Position numbers and translations under genes: made by a program. A stretch of DNA of 61,432 nucleotides, the filler included, from Bipalium vagum (taxonomy: Eukaryota): the NCBI GenBank assembly GCA_037834085.1. It is 3 parts of 3 records of this genome, joined end to end, with 100 filler letters (N's around TTAATTAATTAA, not from the genome) between each part and the next. Parts side by side here need not be neighbours in the genome. Positions count along the whole stretch, not along the records: positions 1 to 26,177 come from JBBMKC010159093.1; 2 more parts are not named here. One strand, written 5' to 3'. The notes under the pieces were generated by a model. The model was not told the origin of the DNA, made no database searches, and was given only the letters and a program-made list of their open reading frames with translations. Below, piece after piece: positions 12,341-26,277 of this stretch; position 1 is the first letter of the stretch, and each line of letters starts with the position of its first letter.

Positions 12341-12633
12341 TAATAAAGTTAAATATTGCGCGGATCAAAGGTGAGAAATATGTTAAATGTTAATAGTTTC
12401 AGAAAAAAAGATAACAACAGAAGAATCTGAAGAAACTGGACAAAAGAATTTGATTAGTGTTAATAAAATCAAAAGCAAAAAAATCTCTCAGAACCACAAG
12501 ATTTGTATAATATTATAATATAAAATATTATAATAATATAATAAATCATATAATAAACCGGGGTGGACGAAAAGTTAAGGACAGAAATACCGACATTCAT
12601 ATTGAAAATAATATTATGAACCACAAAAGTAAT

Positions 12634-12811
12634 TACATAAGGACCTTGAAGGAAAATTACCACAAATGCCTATTTCTTCAGTCTTCAACCACTTTCAAGA
12701 TGAATGGATAAAGAAAAATTGGAAACCCAGTTCTTGGAGCCTGTGGCAAAATAAATCAAAATTGAACCGACGATTTCCAGACAAACATGGGGCGGTGATG
12801 GCAAAATATTG
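12634..12811 (+). pseudogene. possible Mutator-like (MULE) transposase remnant
   Basis: Frame reads LHKDLEGKLPQMPISSVFNHFQDEWIKKNWKPSSWSLWQNKSKLNRR, resembling the F..YF...W....P..WS...(RTNN..EGWH)..LN region of MULE transposases with the central motif missing. Confidence 0.35.
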
Positions 12812-15596
12812 ATGAAAAAATGCCTTTAATATTTATGATAAAGTGAAATTAAATATTTTATTTTAATTAGTCTTAATCCACTGTTATATAATCCTATTTT
12901 ATCATTTCGAATCTTCGCAAACCATACCTGCTGTAAATAAAGGAAAACTTTTAAATTTCTGTGAGATCCATTTTTAGTTAAAAAAAATAAATTACATTGA
13001 CTGGAAAAGAACAAGAAATCAAAAATATAAACTTTAAAATTTTTTTTATATAGATTAATTGTATAAAAATAAATTTAAATAAAAAAAATATAAAAATAAA
13101 TGATATCAGTATTTGAAAATTATGATAAATTTTTAAGAATTTAATGTAAAGATGTACAATGATATAAAAATAGGAAATTAATTCAATGGTAGAAGGAATG
13201 AAAAAAACACTAATAATAATAAAAAAATAAAATAATATAAAAAAATAATAATAAAAAAAAATTAAAAATAATGATGATAATAATAATATTAAAAATANNN
13301 NNNNNNNNNNNNNNNNNNNNNNNNNNNNNNNNNNNNNNNNNNNNNNNNNNNNNNNNNNNNNNNNNNNNNNNNNNNNNNNNNNNNNNNNNNNNNNNNNNNN
13401 NNNNNNNNNNNNNNNNNNNNNNNNNNNNNNNNNNNNNNNNNNNNNAACATAAAATCGAGTAGTAGCGTTTTGGTGGTACTGGTAAATGTTAAACGTAATT
13501 GTGATTGACATAAAACGTCTTTATTTTATAAGAAAATATGTAATGGTTTTAAGTTTCATTAACATTTAACATTTTTAACATTGTAACTGGAAAAATATTT
13601 CTGAATTCTAAAATCCGATTGATATTAAAAGAAAAAAAGTTGAGAAAAGATAAAATTTCTAAATTTTCTGATTACTTTCGTTTTTTACAGCCATTATCAT
13701 TTTTCCATTGGAAAAAAATATAAACAAAAACATTCAACTTCTTACAATATAAACTATCATTCATTATCAGGCAAGTCATTATTTTTTGTATTACTTATAT
13801 TATATTTATTATATGAATTTAATGCCTTCACGGATCATATATTTCAATGACGATTTTTCTGGAACAAATTCTCAAAGAATCTAAAAGTATGGTTTTGTCA
13901 TATAGAACAGGCGTAGAATGATAGCTGACAGTGGAAAGATATTATTATTATTATTATATAATAATATTTATTTATATATAATAATAATATAATAACGAAT
14001 AAATGAATAAACTTTGTATTTTTATGATTATAATAGTTAATATTATTTATATAATATATAAAGTGGATTTAATAAATTAAATTAATATAATTACCCAAGT
14101 CTAAGAGTTTTAATTAAAAAAGAGAATCTATAGACCTATTTAATTTAATTATCAGGACTGGTTAGTGAAGCATAATGGTGTTCATTCTGGTTTTAATTAT
14201 TATTGATATTTACCAAATAAAATCTCTATTGAAAACAGAATAAAATAAGAGTATCCATTCTTTAATGGAATGAAATTTCCTTTGAAAACAAAGCCATAAA
14301 TTTATGAAAGGCCTTCGAATAAAACCTTGTTAAAAATATTTGGTTTCTGCCATTGTAATTATCTTAATTATATATTCCAAAAAAATAATTCAACTGTCAT
14401 TTTCTGTGTTATATATGGCCATTATTAGGGGAAATAAATTTCATAAAAATTCTATAAGTTCAACATGAAAGATTTATTACCTTCTCAAATGATGCTCAAG
14501 ACTGCAGAACATATCCCTGTACAACTTTTCCGATATTATTTACGAAATAATTGTTTTTTTTACATTTCCTCAGAAAATCACAAACTGATTTCCCATGTTT
14601 TCATACCAATTTTCTATGTTGGAGAATTTTTTTGATAAATTTTTATTTTTTCTTTTGTTATTCATAATTGAGAGAAGCTGACATTTTTTGTTACAACTAA
14701 AAGAATTTTTTTTCGTCTCCATAGTATTTACCAGTTGATTAGTCTATAATGAAATCTTCTGAAAAAAAAACCTCAAGGAAATTTACATGTCAGAAAATTT
14801 TAATTTAATCAAAAACTACGAAGAACGGCTTTTATTGTGGGTTTTTGTACCATCACTTATTTATATTGTTTGGTTTGTTTCAATGGTATTGAATTATTAT
14901 ATTTCTGCAAATTAAATTAAAAAATGTTATTTATTGATGTATATGTTTTGTTAGCTGCGATATCAACACATTGAGGAAGTTTTTCAAACTTTATTGATTA
15001 ACAAAGACTAATAATACTTAAACAAACTTCATAAATTCAATAATTAAATATTGGATAGAAATTTTAAACTTCCCAAAAGAATTTCATTATTTAATAAAAC
15101 AACATTTTAAATATTGGGCACATTATAAAAATTTAAAAATTCTAAAATCTGTTTAAGTACTCCCATGCTTTATTGGTTTTATTACTTTTTTATAATGATA
15201 TTTATTTTTTGGTTTTTCATTATTTCATTTATGTTAAATCTTATATTTTTTTTCACACATTTAGACAATCCTCGAAACTGGGAAAATAATTAAATCTCTT
15301 CGTTATTTTATGTACATTTAGAAAGATGTATATGATTTCTTGATTGGATTTTGTAACGAAAAGAAAAAATAATTATTTTTTACGAAAACTTTTGTTATTT
15401 TCTATTTTTATTTCAATGGTGTAATGTTTAAATAAAAAGTAAATATCTATACCGAATCATTTAAAATTTTCAGTGATTATGAAAACATCCATGAAAACAA
15501 AACATGAAAAACTTCTATAATTGTTTTTATAAAAGCAAAACAAGGGTTAGATCAAGATTATTTATTTGTTAAATGATGGTGTTAAAGGCAATCAAA

Positions 15597-15876
15597 TATT
15601 AGGTTGTTACATAAAGTTGCAATATGAAGTCCGCATCAACCTTATTCTCCGGACTTATCACCAACCGATTTCCATTTTTTCAAGCACCTGGAATTATTTA
15701 CTCGTCAAAAGAAGGCTTTTCGATGTTTCATGCTAATTTTTACAGTGTTGGAATAAATAACCTTGTCAAAAGTTGGCAACGTTGTGTTGATTACAATGAT
15801 GCATATTTAAATAGAATAGATAATTTTTTGGCAAATTAAGATAAAAATTGGCAATTTCATATGTAACAGCCTAATA
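15597..15876 (+). mobile_element. internally deleted mariner (280 bp) with both TIRs
   Basis: TATTAGGTTGTTACATAAAGTTGCAAT ... ATTGGCAATTTCATATGTAACAGCCTAATA; internal HQPYSPDLSPTDFHFFKHL and LVKSWQRCVDYNDAY. Confidence 0.9.
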
Positions 15877-16031
15877 TTTCAAGGAATAACCATTTTTGAA
15901 TTGATTTACATTTTGTTGAAATGAAATGACAATAAAGTCTGTGAGGTTCCAAAAATGCCAATATTTAAATGACAAAAACGAGTAGAAAAGAAAAATATCG
16001 TTTTTTGCAGAAGTGTGGTCTTTAATTCCAT

Positions 16032-16367
16032 TGGAAATTAAAAATTTCCACTGATAAGCTCACTATATTCATAGTGAGAATGCTTTTTCCTTACGTTTAA
16101 ACAGCTAACAACAAGAGATCATCTCACACAATCAGAAATCCGAAGGTACCATGCTTTGAGGTGGAATATTATTTTCCGAAAAACAGTCTTTCAGATATCA
16201 AAATAAACGGATAACCGATATTCTTGAATTTGTGCTGTCTTTAGGCAATCAGACATATGTAGTGAGTCTTCCGAAATTAAGTCATAAGAATGATTCCTAT
16301 TGTTGGGAATTCTTATGACATGAGACCTTATCAAGTCGCAGAAATAAGTTGCTCGACTTAAGTGGGA
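16032..16367. ncRNA. candidate structured RNA or structured repeat, family unknown
   Basis: Several perfect stems (8, 8, 11 and 6 bp) plus two long-range pairings within a GC-elevated island; no ORF. Confidence 0.3.
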
Positions 16368-17890
16368 TTTAGTACAGAGTTGGTAAAAGATGAACCAAAT
16401 ATGTTCTTAGATAGAATTTTTTCCATGGTGTCTTTGAGCTTATATTAATAAATATGGAAAAAGTTTTGAAAAAGATGATTCTTAAAAAACATTTGATGTA
16501 TTTCTTTGTTTCGTCATACTTTTTATTATCTATAACTAAAAATAAAGTTTTTTACAATTCCATAATCTTTTTTCGCTTCCTGCGCTGTAGTCATATTTGA
16601 AGATAGTTGATACTTTATTTAAAATAATTTTGTTTAAAATTTATCAATCAATGTTCTAAATTAAAATTCATCAATTTTGACATGTTTATTGAAGTGTCAA
16701 TCATCGAAGAGCAATCGATCTTTATAGTGTCACGCCAATTAAGATTTGTTGCATACGGCTTATTAAAATCTACCAACCTCGTCGACAGGGAAAAATTTCA
16801 CTATGATTTGATTAATATCATTAGTTATAAAATAATTAGTTATATTGGTTCATTGTCTTTTATAATAAAATGTATTTCAGCCATTTTAACTGCTCCCAAT
16901 TTCTAACGTAACCGTTTACACCACACATTTATTACTGTATGTTTGTGCATTTAGGGTTTAGTATTATTAATAAATGATCTTTATAAATTATATAAATAAT
17001 AATTACACAATATTATCTGGCTTACCTGAAAACTCGTGAGTTTTCACACTAATAATTTTTTTTCTTTTAATAATGATGAAAGAATGTAAATATTAAAATC
17101 TGTCGAAAAAAATAATATTTTTGATCTTTATTTTATATTTTTTTGATAGTTTTAATCAATCAATGAATAATTGCCTTCATTCAAAAATAGATAAAAAAAT
17201 GCAAATGTTTCTATTTCATTATGATAAAGGAAAATGCTATAAAAGAACGCAATAAGTTAATTAATGTTTTTTTTGAAGAAATTGGCTTTCACTTATTAAA
17301 ATTAAAAAATCATGTTGTTCATATGAGGGGATTGGGAGGGATTCATTTATTTTGAATTTTAACTAAGGTAGAAATTAATTTCAATATTTTTATTGAAAGT
17401 TAAGAAAAATGATTGAAGCTTTGCAAAACTCATCTCAAAAGGTAATCTTTAAGACTGTCTTTAGTTACAATATACATTTTTGGCCATTCATCAATAATTA
17501 TTCAACCATGGTTGGGATGTCTGGTAAATAGTAAAGCATAATTTAAATAACCAATAGGTCAATTCTGATTAGCCAATTTCTTCAATTTTTTTACGCAGGG
17601 TACCTAAAAGTACATAGAGCCGGATATTTGTATTATGACGATTTCAGTCTTCATTGAGGTATAAAGCATTCACAATTTATTTCTAATTGTGATGGAACAT
17701 CTTTAGACTAAGAGATCATCAAAGTGATGTATATAATTTTTTTAAACCACATATGAAAGATACCAAACATTTTATAATGTTTAACACATTAAAAATATTA
17801 ATACTTAAGAATACTTTTTGGAGATTGGAAATTATATATAGTTGAATGAATAATAGTTATCTTAAGGAAATATCTCTTCTGTTCATATGA

Positions 17891-19109
17891 TATAGGTTGC
17901 GTGAAAAGTTACGCAAGTAAGAATAAAACCACCAGAACTATTAATTTAAGTTGATTTTATTATTACATTAAAATTTGTATATTACGCTGATATAACATAT
18001 TATTCATGCAGTAAAACAAAGTGCTTATATAACTTTTTGAAGTTTGTCTGATTTATTTTAAAACCCCCTGTAAAATAGTCCTTACCAATTCCAGACACTT
18101 TGTCCAGTTCTTCTTCAAAATTTTATGTCATATCTGAATTGAAAGTTTGCAATATACTCGTATAAAGCTGCTATACCTTCTTCGTTTTTTGACTAAAAAC
18201 GTTTTCCAAGAAGAAATTTGTTTATGTTTCTAAAAAAGTAGAAGTTGCTCATTGCCAATCTGGTGAATAAAATATTTGTTCTAGCGAACATAAATAAAAT
18301 TTTTTGATTTTTGCCCTTTGCCAAGCCATAGTGTGAATACGTGGATTATCTTGATTAAAAATGATTTTTTCTTTTCTTTCATTGCATCCAACTGGTCTAA
18401 TAGCCTTGTTTTAGAAATCGAAGTTACCAATTATATATTTTCCTAGGTAATCTATTAGCAGAATATCCTTGGTATCCCAAAAAAACCATTGGTAGCACTT
18501 TTCTATCGTTTGTTCTCTTACCAGTTCTTTTAAAAATGGATATTCAGCTTACATCCACTATAGACGTTATCGTTTAAATTTAGAATCGTAATGTTAAATC
18601 TAAATTTCATCTATAGTTATGAAACGCCGCTAAAACAGTCATTTCTTTTATTAGTAATGTTTAAATGGTGTTCAAAACTTTAATTCCTAAAGATCTTTTA
18701 CTGAATTTTTCAAGAATGTGGCATCAGTTTTCTAAATACTTTTTTCATATCCAATCTTTTAAAATATGACTAACTCGATCGTCTTAGATTAACAAGGTTT
18801 CATCATTTTCACGCATGGTCACACTTAAATGTTTTTGTACAATTTTATAAATTAGTTCAACAATTTCGCCAATTACTGTGAATTTTAGATGCCGAGCAAA
18901 AATATATGATTGCGGGATATTCATTTTTTCTATACTAAAAATAATAAAAAACAAACCGAATTTAAATGTGTTAAACAATAATAAAGTGATTGATTCAAAC
19001 AAAATTTTAAATGTCTTAAGTTGAAACATGATATATTAAAATAGCAAAGAAATATTTGTTCTTATACTATTTTTAGGTGATTTTTTCATCTATTTTCACG
19101 CAATATATA
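17891..19109 (-). mobile_element. decayed ~1.2-kb mariner with both TIR remnants
   Basis: TATAGGTTGCGTGAAAA ... TTTTCACGCAATATATA; minus-strand RRFITIDEI and VFWDTK-like motifs. Confidence 0.75.
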
Positions 19110-22100
19110 AATCGAACGACTACAATGAAAGTTTGAATAACTTAGTATGAAAATTTTATAGTAAAATACTAGTCTCGAATTAGAAATATTTGTATTATAT
19201 AATTTTGTTCTGTATTTTGCTCCAAAATATTTTACCATATGTGTAGATATTTAATGATTTTAAATAACTTTATTTACTTTTCATAGATTTTTCTTAGGAA
19301 ATGCTTCTCATAACAGAAAGGAATCACGACAGTCTTATTAATAATTAAAATTTACGATTTACAGGAACGAGTGTTGTAAATTTAAAGTTTTCATACTCCA
19401 CATGTTTTGTTGAATTAATTCAACAAAGGTATTTATCATATAAAAGGATATTTAATAATAACTTTGAGAGAATATTATTTTTCATTCTGCCGATTAGTTT
19501 TGTTTGAATATTTTTGAATAATTTTATTTATTTTAAAATATAAAAATATCCAATGAAATATAAAATGCATCTAAGACCTTTTTATAATAGAATCAAGAAA
19601 TTATCTTATATTATCTATTATTTTTATGGTTTTAATATTTATCATTTAATATCCATTAATCTGTGAATGATGAAATCCCGTAATTGTTTATTTTCAAAAT
19701 TTTACAATAGATTAAATTATCTTTAAAATTATTTTCCTTATTGATTTTTGTTTATATTTATAGATTTATTTATTATTTTCTTAAGAAAAATTTTTTAAAA
19801 ATTATTTAACAATTTAAAAGTTAATTTGAACAATAAATTTAAAGAACCTCAATAATATTTATGTTTAAAGCATAAAAGAGAATAGAAAAAAAGAAAATTC
19901 TAACGGAAAATATTTTATATATAAAATTTATTTTAAGAGGTAGTAAATTTGATAAAAATCAAAAGATTTTTTCCAATTACATTTTATTTAAAATATTTAA
20001 TTTTAACAAAAAGGTTATTGTTTCAAACAAAATTTTTTAAACAAAATATCTTGAAACATCATTTGATATAAAAATAAAAATATTTATTTATCAATGAATT
20101 TGGAAAGTTTCTCGTGATAAAAATTAATGTTATCATAAATTATAAAGTTTTAATCATTTAAAATAAAGTTTCTCTAATTTTTTAAAAAAAATATAAGTAC
20201 CATTTACAAAAATATTAAATTCTTTATAAACTTTTAATTAATATAATTTTGAAGAAATTATTATTGATGACTTAAACACTTAATTTATTTTGTCCATATA
20301 ATTAATTTTGGAGTCAATTATGTTTATGTTTTTATATACTCAAGATGGCTAGCTAAAGTAAACAAAAATAGAGTTTTCTGTTAGCTAAATAAACATCGGC
20401 TATCTTGAACATTAATGATGTCAAATAATTTTAATTTTGATTTTTTTAGGATAATAAATATTTTTTTAATATAGGTTTCTTAACAGTCATGAAATTATTA
20501 AATATATAATAAAAAAATAATTATAATAAAAACTAAATATAATGAAAATTAATCAATTTAAAAAAAAAATTTATAATAAAGAAAAATGTATTTATAATAA
20601 AAAAATAAATATATAATAAAAAAGTAATTGTTAAAACCTATATGTATGAATTTTACAACTCTTTTTTCAAAAAAGATAAATAATCTCAATCAGAGAAAGA
20701 TTACCATAAAATTTACGTAGGATATTTCTTTAGAAATAAACAGGGAATTAAAATACACCACTGTAATCAGAATTGATTATTGAAATAAATAATTAATTTT
20801 TGAACTAATCCAATTCATTTTCATTTTTTTCTAAAAATTTGTTTATAATTTTATATATTAATTAACTGAAAAGTTTTTATCATATAATTATTGTTGTATG
20901 GGTTGTTAATTTATTAGTTTATTGATTAAAAACTCAGTGAACAGTAATATAAATCAACTTAATATTAAAATAATTGATATTATTATAAAAGAATTTTATT
21001 AAAAAAATTTGAAATTATTATTTATCTAAGTGAAATTAATTAAAACTGAAAAAATAATTTTCTTGTGATCAAAACAATAAATGTACTCATTTTAATGAAA
21101 TAGAGTATTAAAAGGCGTAATTACAAAAAAATTGAAACATTAGATTTTGAGATTTTCGAATTGCTCAAATTTAGTTTTAACATTGTTTAAATGTATCAAT
21201 TTGTAATATTTTTATCATATCACATTGGAAATCTTATTTTGTTATATCTGGTAATCTCCTTAAATTTTATTTAACTATAATATTTCACATTAATTTTAGG
21301 CTCTGAAAATCATGAAAAGCATAAAAATTAATCGATTGACATTTTTGTTCGAGTTCAAAATTAGACAGAAAAGCAACTGGTTCAAAATTAAGTTATAATT
21401 GTTGTGTGGGTGTCACTAAGTAACCCACTGTTCCCTGGTGTTATTTAAAATTCTATGGAGATGTTGAAAGCTTAACATTACTAATTGAAAACTAAAATCT
21501 AAGTTAACATAATTGGAGTTGTAGAAGATGTACATGTTGACCAAAACAGTATATTGCCATTTAGAGCCAATAAAAATGTTTGACCAGCTTAAAATATGGA
21601 TCAAAAGCTTTTATTTCTTTTGTACCAAACAAACAAACTTAAATATTTAAATAGAGTAATTTTCCTCTTAATGTGACTGAGAAATCAAAATATATATTAT
21701 AGTTTCTTTAGAAATCTTGAGATTTAATATGAAGATATCACTATAGTAGCCACTAAAAGTTAATAATAAACATAAATAAGTAACATATAATATGAAAAAT
21801 AAATAAGTATAATAAAAGATATTTAGCACCATAAAGTAATTATTTAGGGTTTCGTTTCAAATATTAGAATATTTCTGAACATGCAATAAAGACCTTAAAG
21901 TCTCTGGTTTTTCACTAGTATGAACTATTTTCTTTAGATGATGTTACTTACCTTACTTTATGTATAAATTAATAGAAAACAAGTACTCATCACCGAGTTT
22001 TGAGTGCTATCATCTATTTTAAACATAGGAATTTTGTTTTATTTATATTTTAGTATAAGTGTTTGTTAATCAATTCTTTGATATCTGAAAAAAATAGCTT

Positions 22101-23669
22101 AAACCTTGGGTAAATGAAAATTCTGAAGGCTCAATAATCAGCAAAATTTCTTAAAAAGGAAACTAGTTCCCTTATATGTTGAAAACGAATTAAGTACTTT
22201 TAGTTTTCATTATAAAGTTACCTTATTTATCATTTTTAATTTTATTCTTAATAATAACAAATAAAAATTCAGAAAATAATAATATAAGGCGACCATTGTA
22301 CTGGCTTGTTCTCAGGTTTGTTCTCAGGTTTAATCTCATTCTATACAAATAAATAACATTATGATTAAGCCAGTTGATTCTTGACCTGATAAACCTTCAT
22401 AACCCTTTCAGCTTCGCTGAGCAGATGAGCAGCACCATATAGCTTTCATTTAATCAAAGATAAATATGAGTTATTTTATTTATCTTTGATTATAACGTTA
22501 ATTTTTTCTCATCTAATAATAAAATCAATACTATAATTTTTGTAAAGATTATATTTTATGAAAAAAAATAAAATTCCCATTAAAAGATCAGAATGTGATG
22601 TTTCTTATTAAAAATCTTAAAGATAATAACAATTTTTACGAAAAATAAAATCATCCGAAAATATCTGAAAAATAAAGGGAAAATTTAATAAATTTAAACA
22701 AAGTCCATAAATCCTAAATTGCACATATTGTATTTTTCTCTCATTTCTCCCCAACAATTAGGCAGATATACAAAGTAGTAAAAAAGCATCTCGGAAATTT
22801 ATCTCCGGGAATTATTTCAAGCTTAAGAAACAGAAGGAGGACGATGTTTTGGTACGTTTAGCTGCGGTTGAAATAGGGAGAATGAAAATAATTATCTGAT
22901 AAAAAGGGGAATATTTCAGAAATTACAATCTGTATGAAACTGAAATCACTGGAATACAGTAAACTGGCAAAAAACGTTAAAAAGAATCATTATTTTTTAT
23001 CATTTTTCAATTATCAAAGCTTTTACAAATATTGAAAAAATCCAACCATTTAATTCTCAATGGAAATCATTCAGCAACAAGTTATGAGAAAATGTTGTAT
23101 GAGAAGAAAATCAATTTTGGAATTTTTTGTCCAATACATTAATAAAAGATTATTAAAGAAAATACAAAAAATTTAAATTTCATGGCAACCACAAAATTAA
23201 AAAATATTAATTGCAAATTTATTGAGATTTATGGAAGAAAAACCCAATGATTTTTGTGGAAGGCTTTAAATATTTACTTATACAAAAAATAAATTTATAT
23301 GAAGAAAGACATCTTATTTCTTTTTTATTTTTCTTTTAGAAACAGACTTCGAAAATAAGGAGTATCGTGAATTTGAGTAAATTCTGAAAAATCCTTTCCT
23401 TTCTTAAACTATTTTAGTAATTTAAAAAGACTGAATAATATATATATATATTTTTACAAAAGTTTTAATTTAATATCAGAGGTAACCCAGATAATTTGTG
23501 AAGTTTTTTGTTGTGTGAATTATGTATGTATAAAAATACCTGTCTTTTTTTTAAAAAAAATGGTTTTATAATGAAGTGTTATATTTTATCTTTATTGATT
23601 TTTTTGAATTGATCAATTTCTATAAAAATTAATATCTTTTTCTATTGTACATTCTATTGAAATCAATAA

Positions 23670-23935
23670 AAATGTAATTCGAGCACGTTTCCTCGATAAA
23701 TTCAAAATGAGGTCTAACCCTTCAGAGGCATGTCGTGAGAAAAGTTTAGCGTCCGAAGATGATGCCTTAAAGAAGAGAACATCTCAAAAATGGTTTGCAA
23801 AATTTTGAACGGTGATGAGTCACTTGAAGATATGCACACTCTGGGAGACCATCATACATCAATGACGAAGACTTAAAAAAGTATTGAGAAAAATTCCAAA
23901 CTGTCATTCCAAGATTTATCCAAAAACGTTTTGTC
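23670..23935 (+). mobile_element. mariner transposase N-terminal (HTH) remnant
   Basis: RARFLDKFK..., KRTSQKWFAKF, GDESLED..SGRPS..NDEDLK. Confidence 0.75.
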
Positions 23936-26104
23936 AATAACGATATTATTAAAATTTTTCATTAAAAATTTATTTATTTTAATTATGATAAAAATATTAT
24001 TTTTTAATATGATAATTTTTATTTTTCAAAATGTCATTTTGATAACGAAATGTTTTGAAAATTTTTTATTAATAATATTTTAAACCAATAGTTTTATTTA
24101 GCTTACAAAAATTGAAAAAATTAATTACTTAATATTATTATTATCATTACTATAATATTTATACTATCTCCTTATAACTATTTATTATATTACTATATAT
24201 TATATAGAATAAATGATTTCTAAATGATTAATTTTTATTAAACTTTTTCTTTCTTCAAACTTATACACAGAACTACAACTTTTTATTTTAATATATATTT
24301 TATATTAATTTATTAAGTTTATAAACATCAATTTTTGTTCAGTGGCTTTTCAAAATTAATTTTTTTAATTAATTATTAATTTTTATAGTGATAGTTTAGT
24401 CAAAGTAATTTCATAATTTTCTTTAAAAATCGGAAAAAGAAAATTTCTAATTTGCAGTTTACTATTATTAAAAAGTTGAAAAGAGAAATTTAATTAAAAT
24501 ATTTAATTTTTAAAATTAATTTAGTTGGAAAATTTAGATTTTTATATAACGTCAAAATTAAAGAAAAATATTTATAAAATATAAATTAAAAATATATTTC
24601 TTTAATAAGTATATTTAATAATAATAATAATAATAATAATAAAAATAATAATAAAATTATTTTAATCAATAATAAATGATATATTCTATAATTTTATATA
24701 TATGTATATATATATTCTATAATATAATATATTAAATCATTAAAAAAAATCTAAAAAATAAAATAGTTTGACATAATAATTTATTATTTAAACACATTTT
24801 AAATGTAAAATTAGCTTTATTTATGCCATATCGCGAGGGGGCTTATAAATATTGATTAACAATATTCTTTAGTATATATCTTCGAAATTTGTTAACATTA
24901 CAGTATAGGGGCGTATTTCTAATAAGCATTATAATAATGATAATAAAACATTGAAAAGAGAATGTGATATGTATAAAAGCGATACAACAACATCTGTTCA
25001 TTAATTTATTTTTATTAAATACATTTTGTTTTAATAAGATAAATTAAAATTAAAAGACAAAATTAAAAATTGTCATGTTTAGATGAATAGGTGAATACTG
25101 AATTGATTTTGTCTAGGTAGACTGTAATGAATGCTAAATTTTTTTGAAAGAAATCGAAGTCAATTTAACAATTAAAACAATATAATGATCTAAAAAAAAA
25201 TTTTTTACATTACAAAAAAAATATTTTCAATATGCATTTTTAACAAAGTTTCCATATTGAGCTTCTTAGATATAAAATGTGAGTGGGATATTTTTTTGTA
25301 AGATGATAACAAAACCGATTAAATATCCAAATAATAAATAAAAATGATACTTTGAAATTTGGACAAAAAAGTTTAAAAAAGAGCTGGACATGTCGTGAGT
25401 TGAGAGAAATGAAAACCTGTAAGACTAATACGACAAAAATATGGGGAATAAAATGTATGATTTGTAATACAAGATAAAAATACATTTAAAACAAAATAAA
25501 AAAAATTGAGGTTGAATTTGTAAAATAATTCACCAATTTTTCCCCAACATTGAATAAAAGAAAAATAGGGTATCCTTTTTTTTAAAGTTAAACATTCCAA
25601 CTTTGAGACAGGAATAAAAGGAAAAATACTTTGTAATATATATTGACATTGTTGTCAATAAACTTCATTCATAAAAAGTAATATATTAAGAAAATATTAT
25701 TTGCTTATAATAATATTTCCTCGAATAAATATTTCAAATATTTCGTGTCAAAAATTTCATTCAGACTTTATTTGTTTTAAAAACAATTAAATTAAAACAA
25801 ATATTTTTTTTTCATCCTTTTATTTACTTAAATTAATTCATTACTTTTTGGAATACGTTCTGTGGTAAACATCACCAGGTCCCGAAGATGATCAATATTT
25901 TGACCAGTTTTTTATAAGACGATATATGGAAAAATAGAAATATTTCAGTAAAAATATTTGATAAAAATGTGTAAACAAAATTCTGATTTCAGTCAGCAAC
26001 TGCTTGGAACATGTTAACAATTTTCAATAGATTTTTTTGTCGGCTAAATTCATATCAGAAATAATGCGTTTATTGATAATGGCATAACTATTTTCCTTTT
26101 TATT

Positions 26105-26106
<2 letters not shown>

Positions 26107-26177
<71 letters not shown>
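26107..26177. repeat. (AAT)n microsatellite at a scaffold end
   Basis: Directly visible. Confidence 0.95.
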
Positions 26178-26277
26178 NNNNNNNNNNNNNNNNNNNNNNN
26201 NNNNNNNNNNNNNNNNNNNNNTTAATTAATTAANNNNNNNNNNNNNNNNNNNNNNNNNNNNNNNNNNNNNNNNNNNN
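26178..26277. other. artificial scaffold-joining linker N44-TTAATTAATTAA-N44
   Basis: Exactly 100 nt; the central 12-mer has a stop in all six frames; identical to 44464-44563. Confidence 0.95.

Noticed and set aside
12978-13511. Hydrophobic ORFs (also 3968-4255, 11401-11586, 58766-59253)
   Set aside because: Produced by N gaps and AT-rich low-complexity sequence
26222-26233. TTAATTAATTAA as a piggyBac target site or biological palindrome
   Set aside because: Symmetrically embedded in 44+44 Ns twice, so it is an assembly linker
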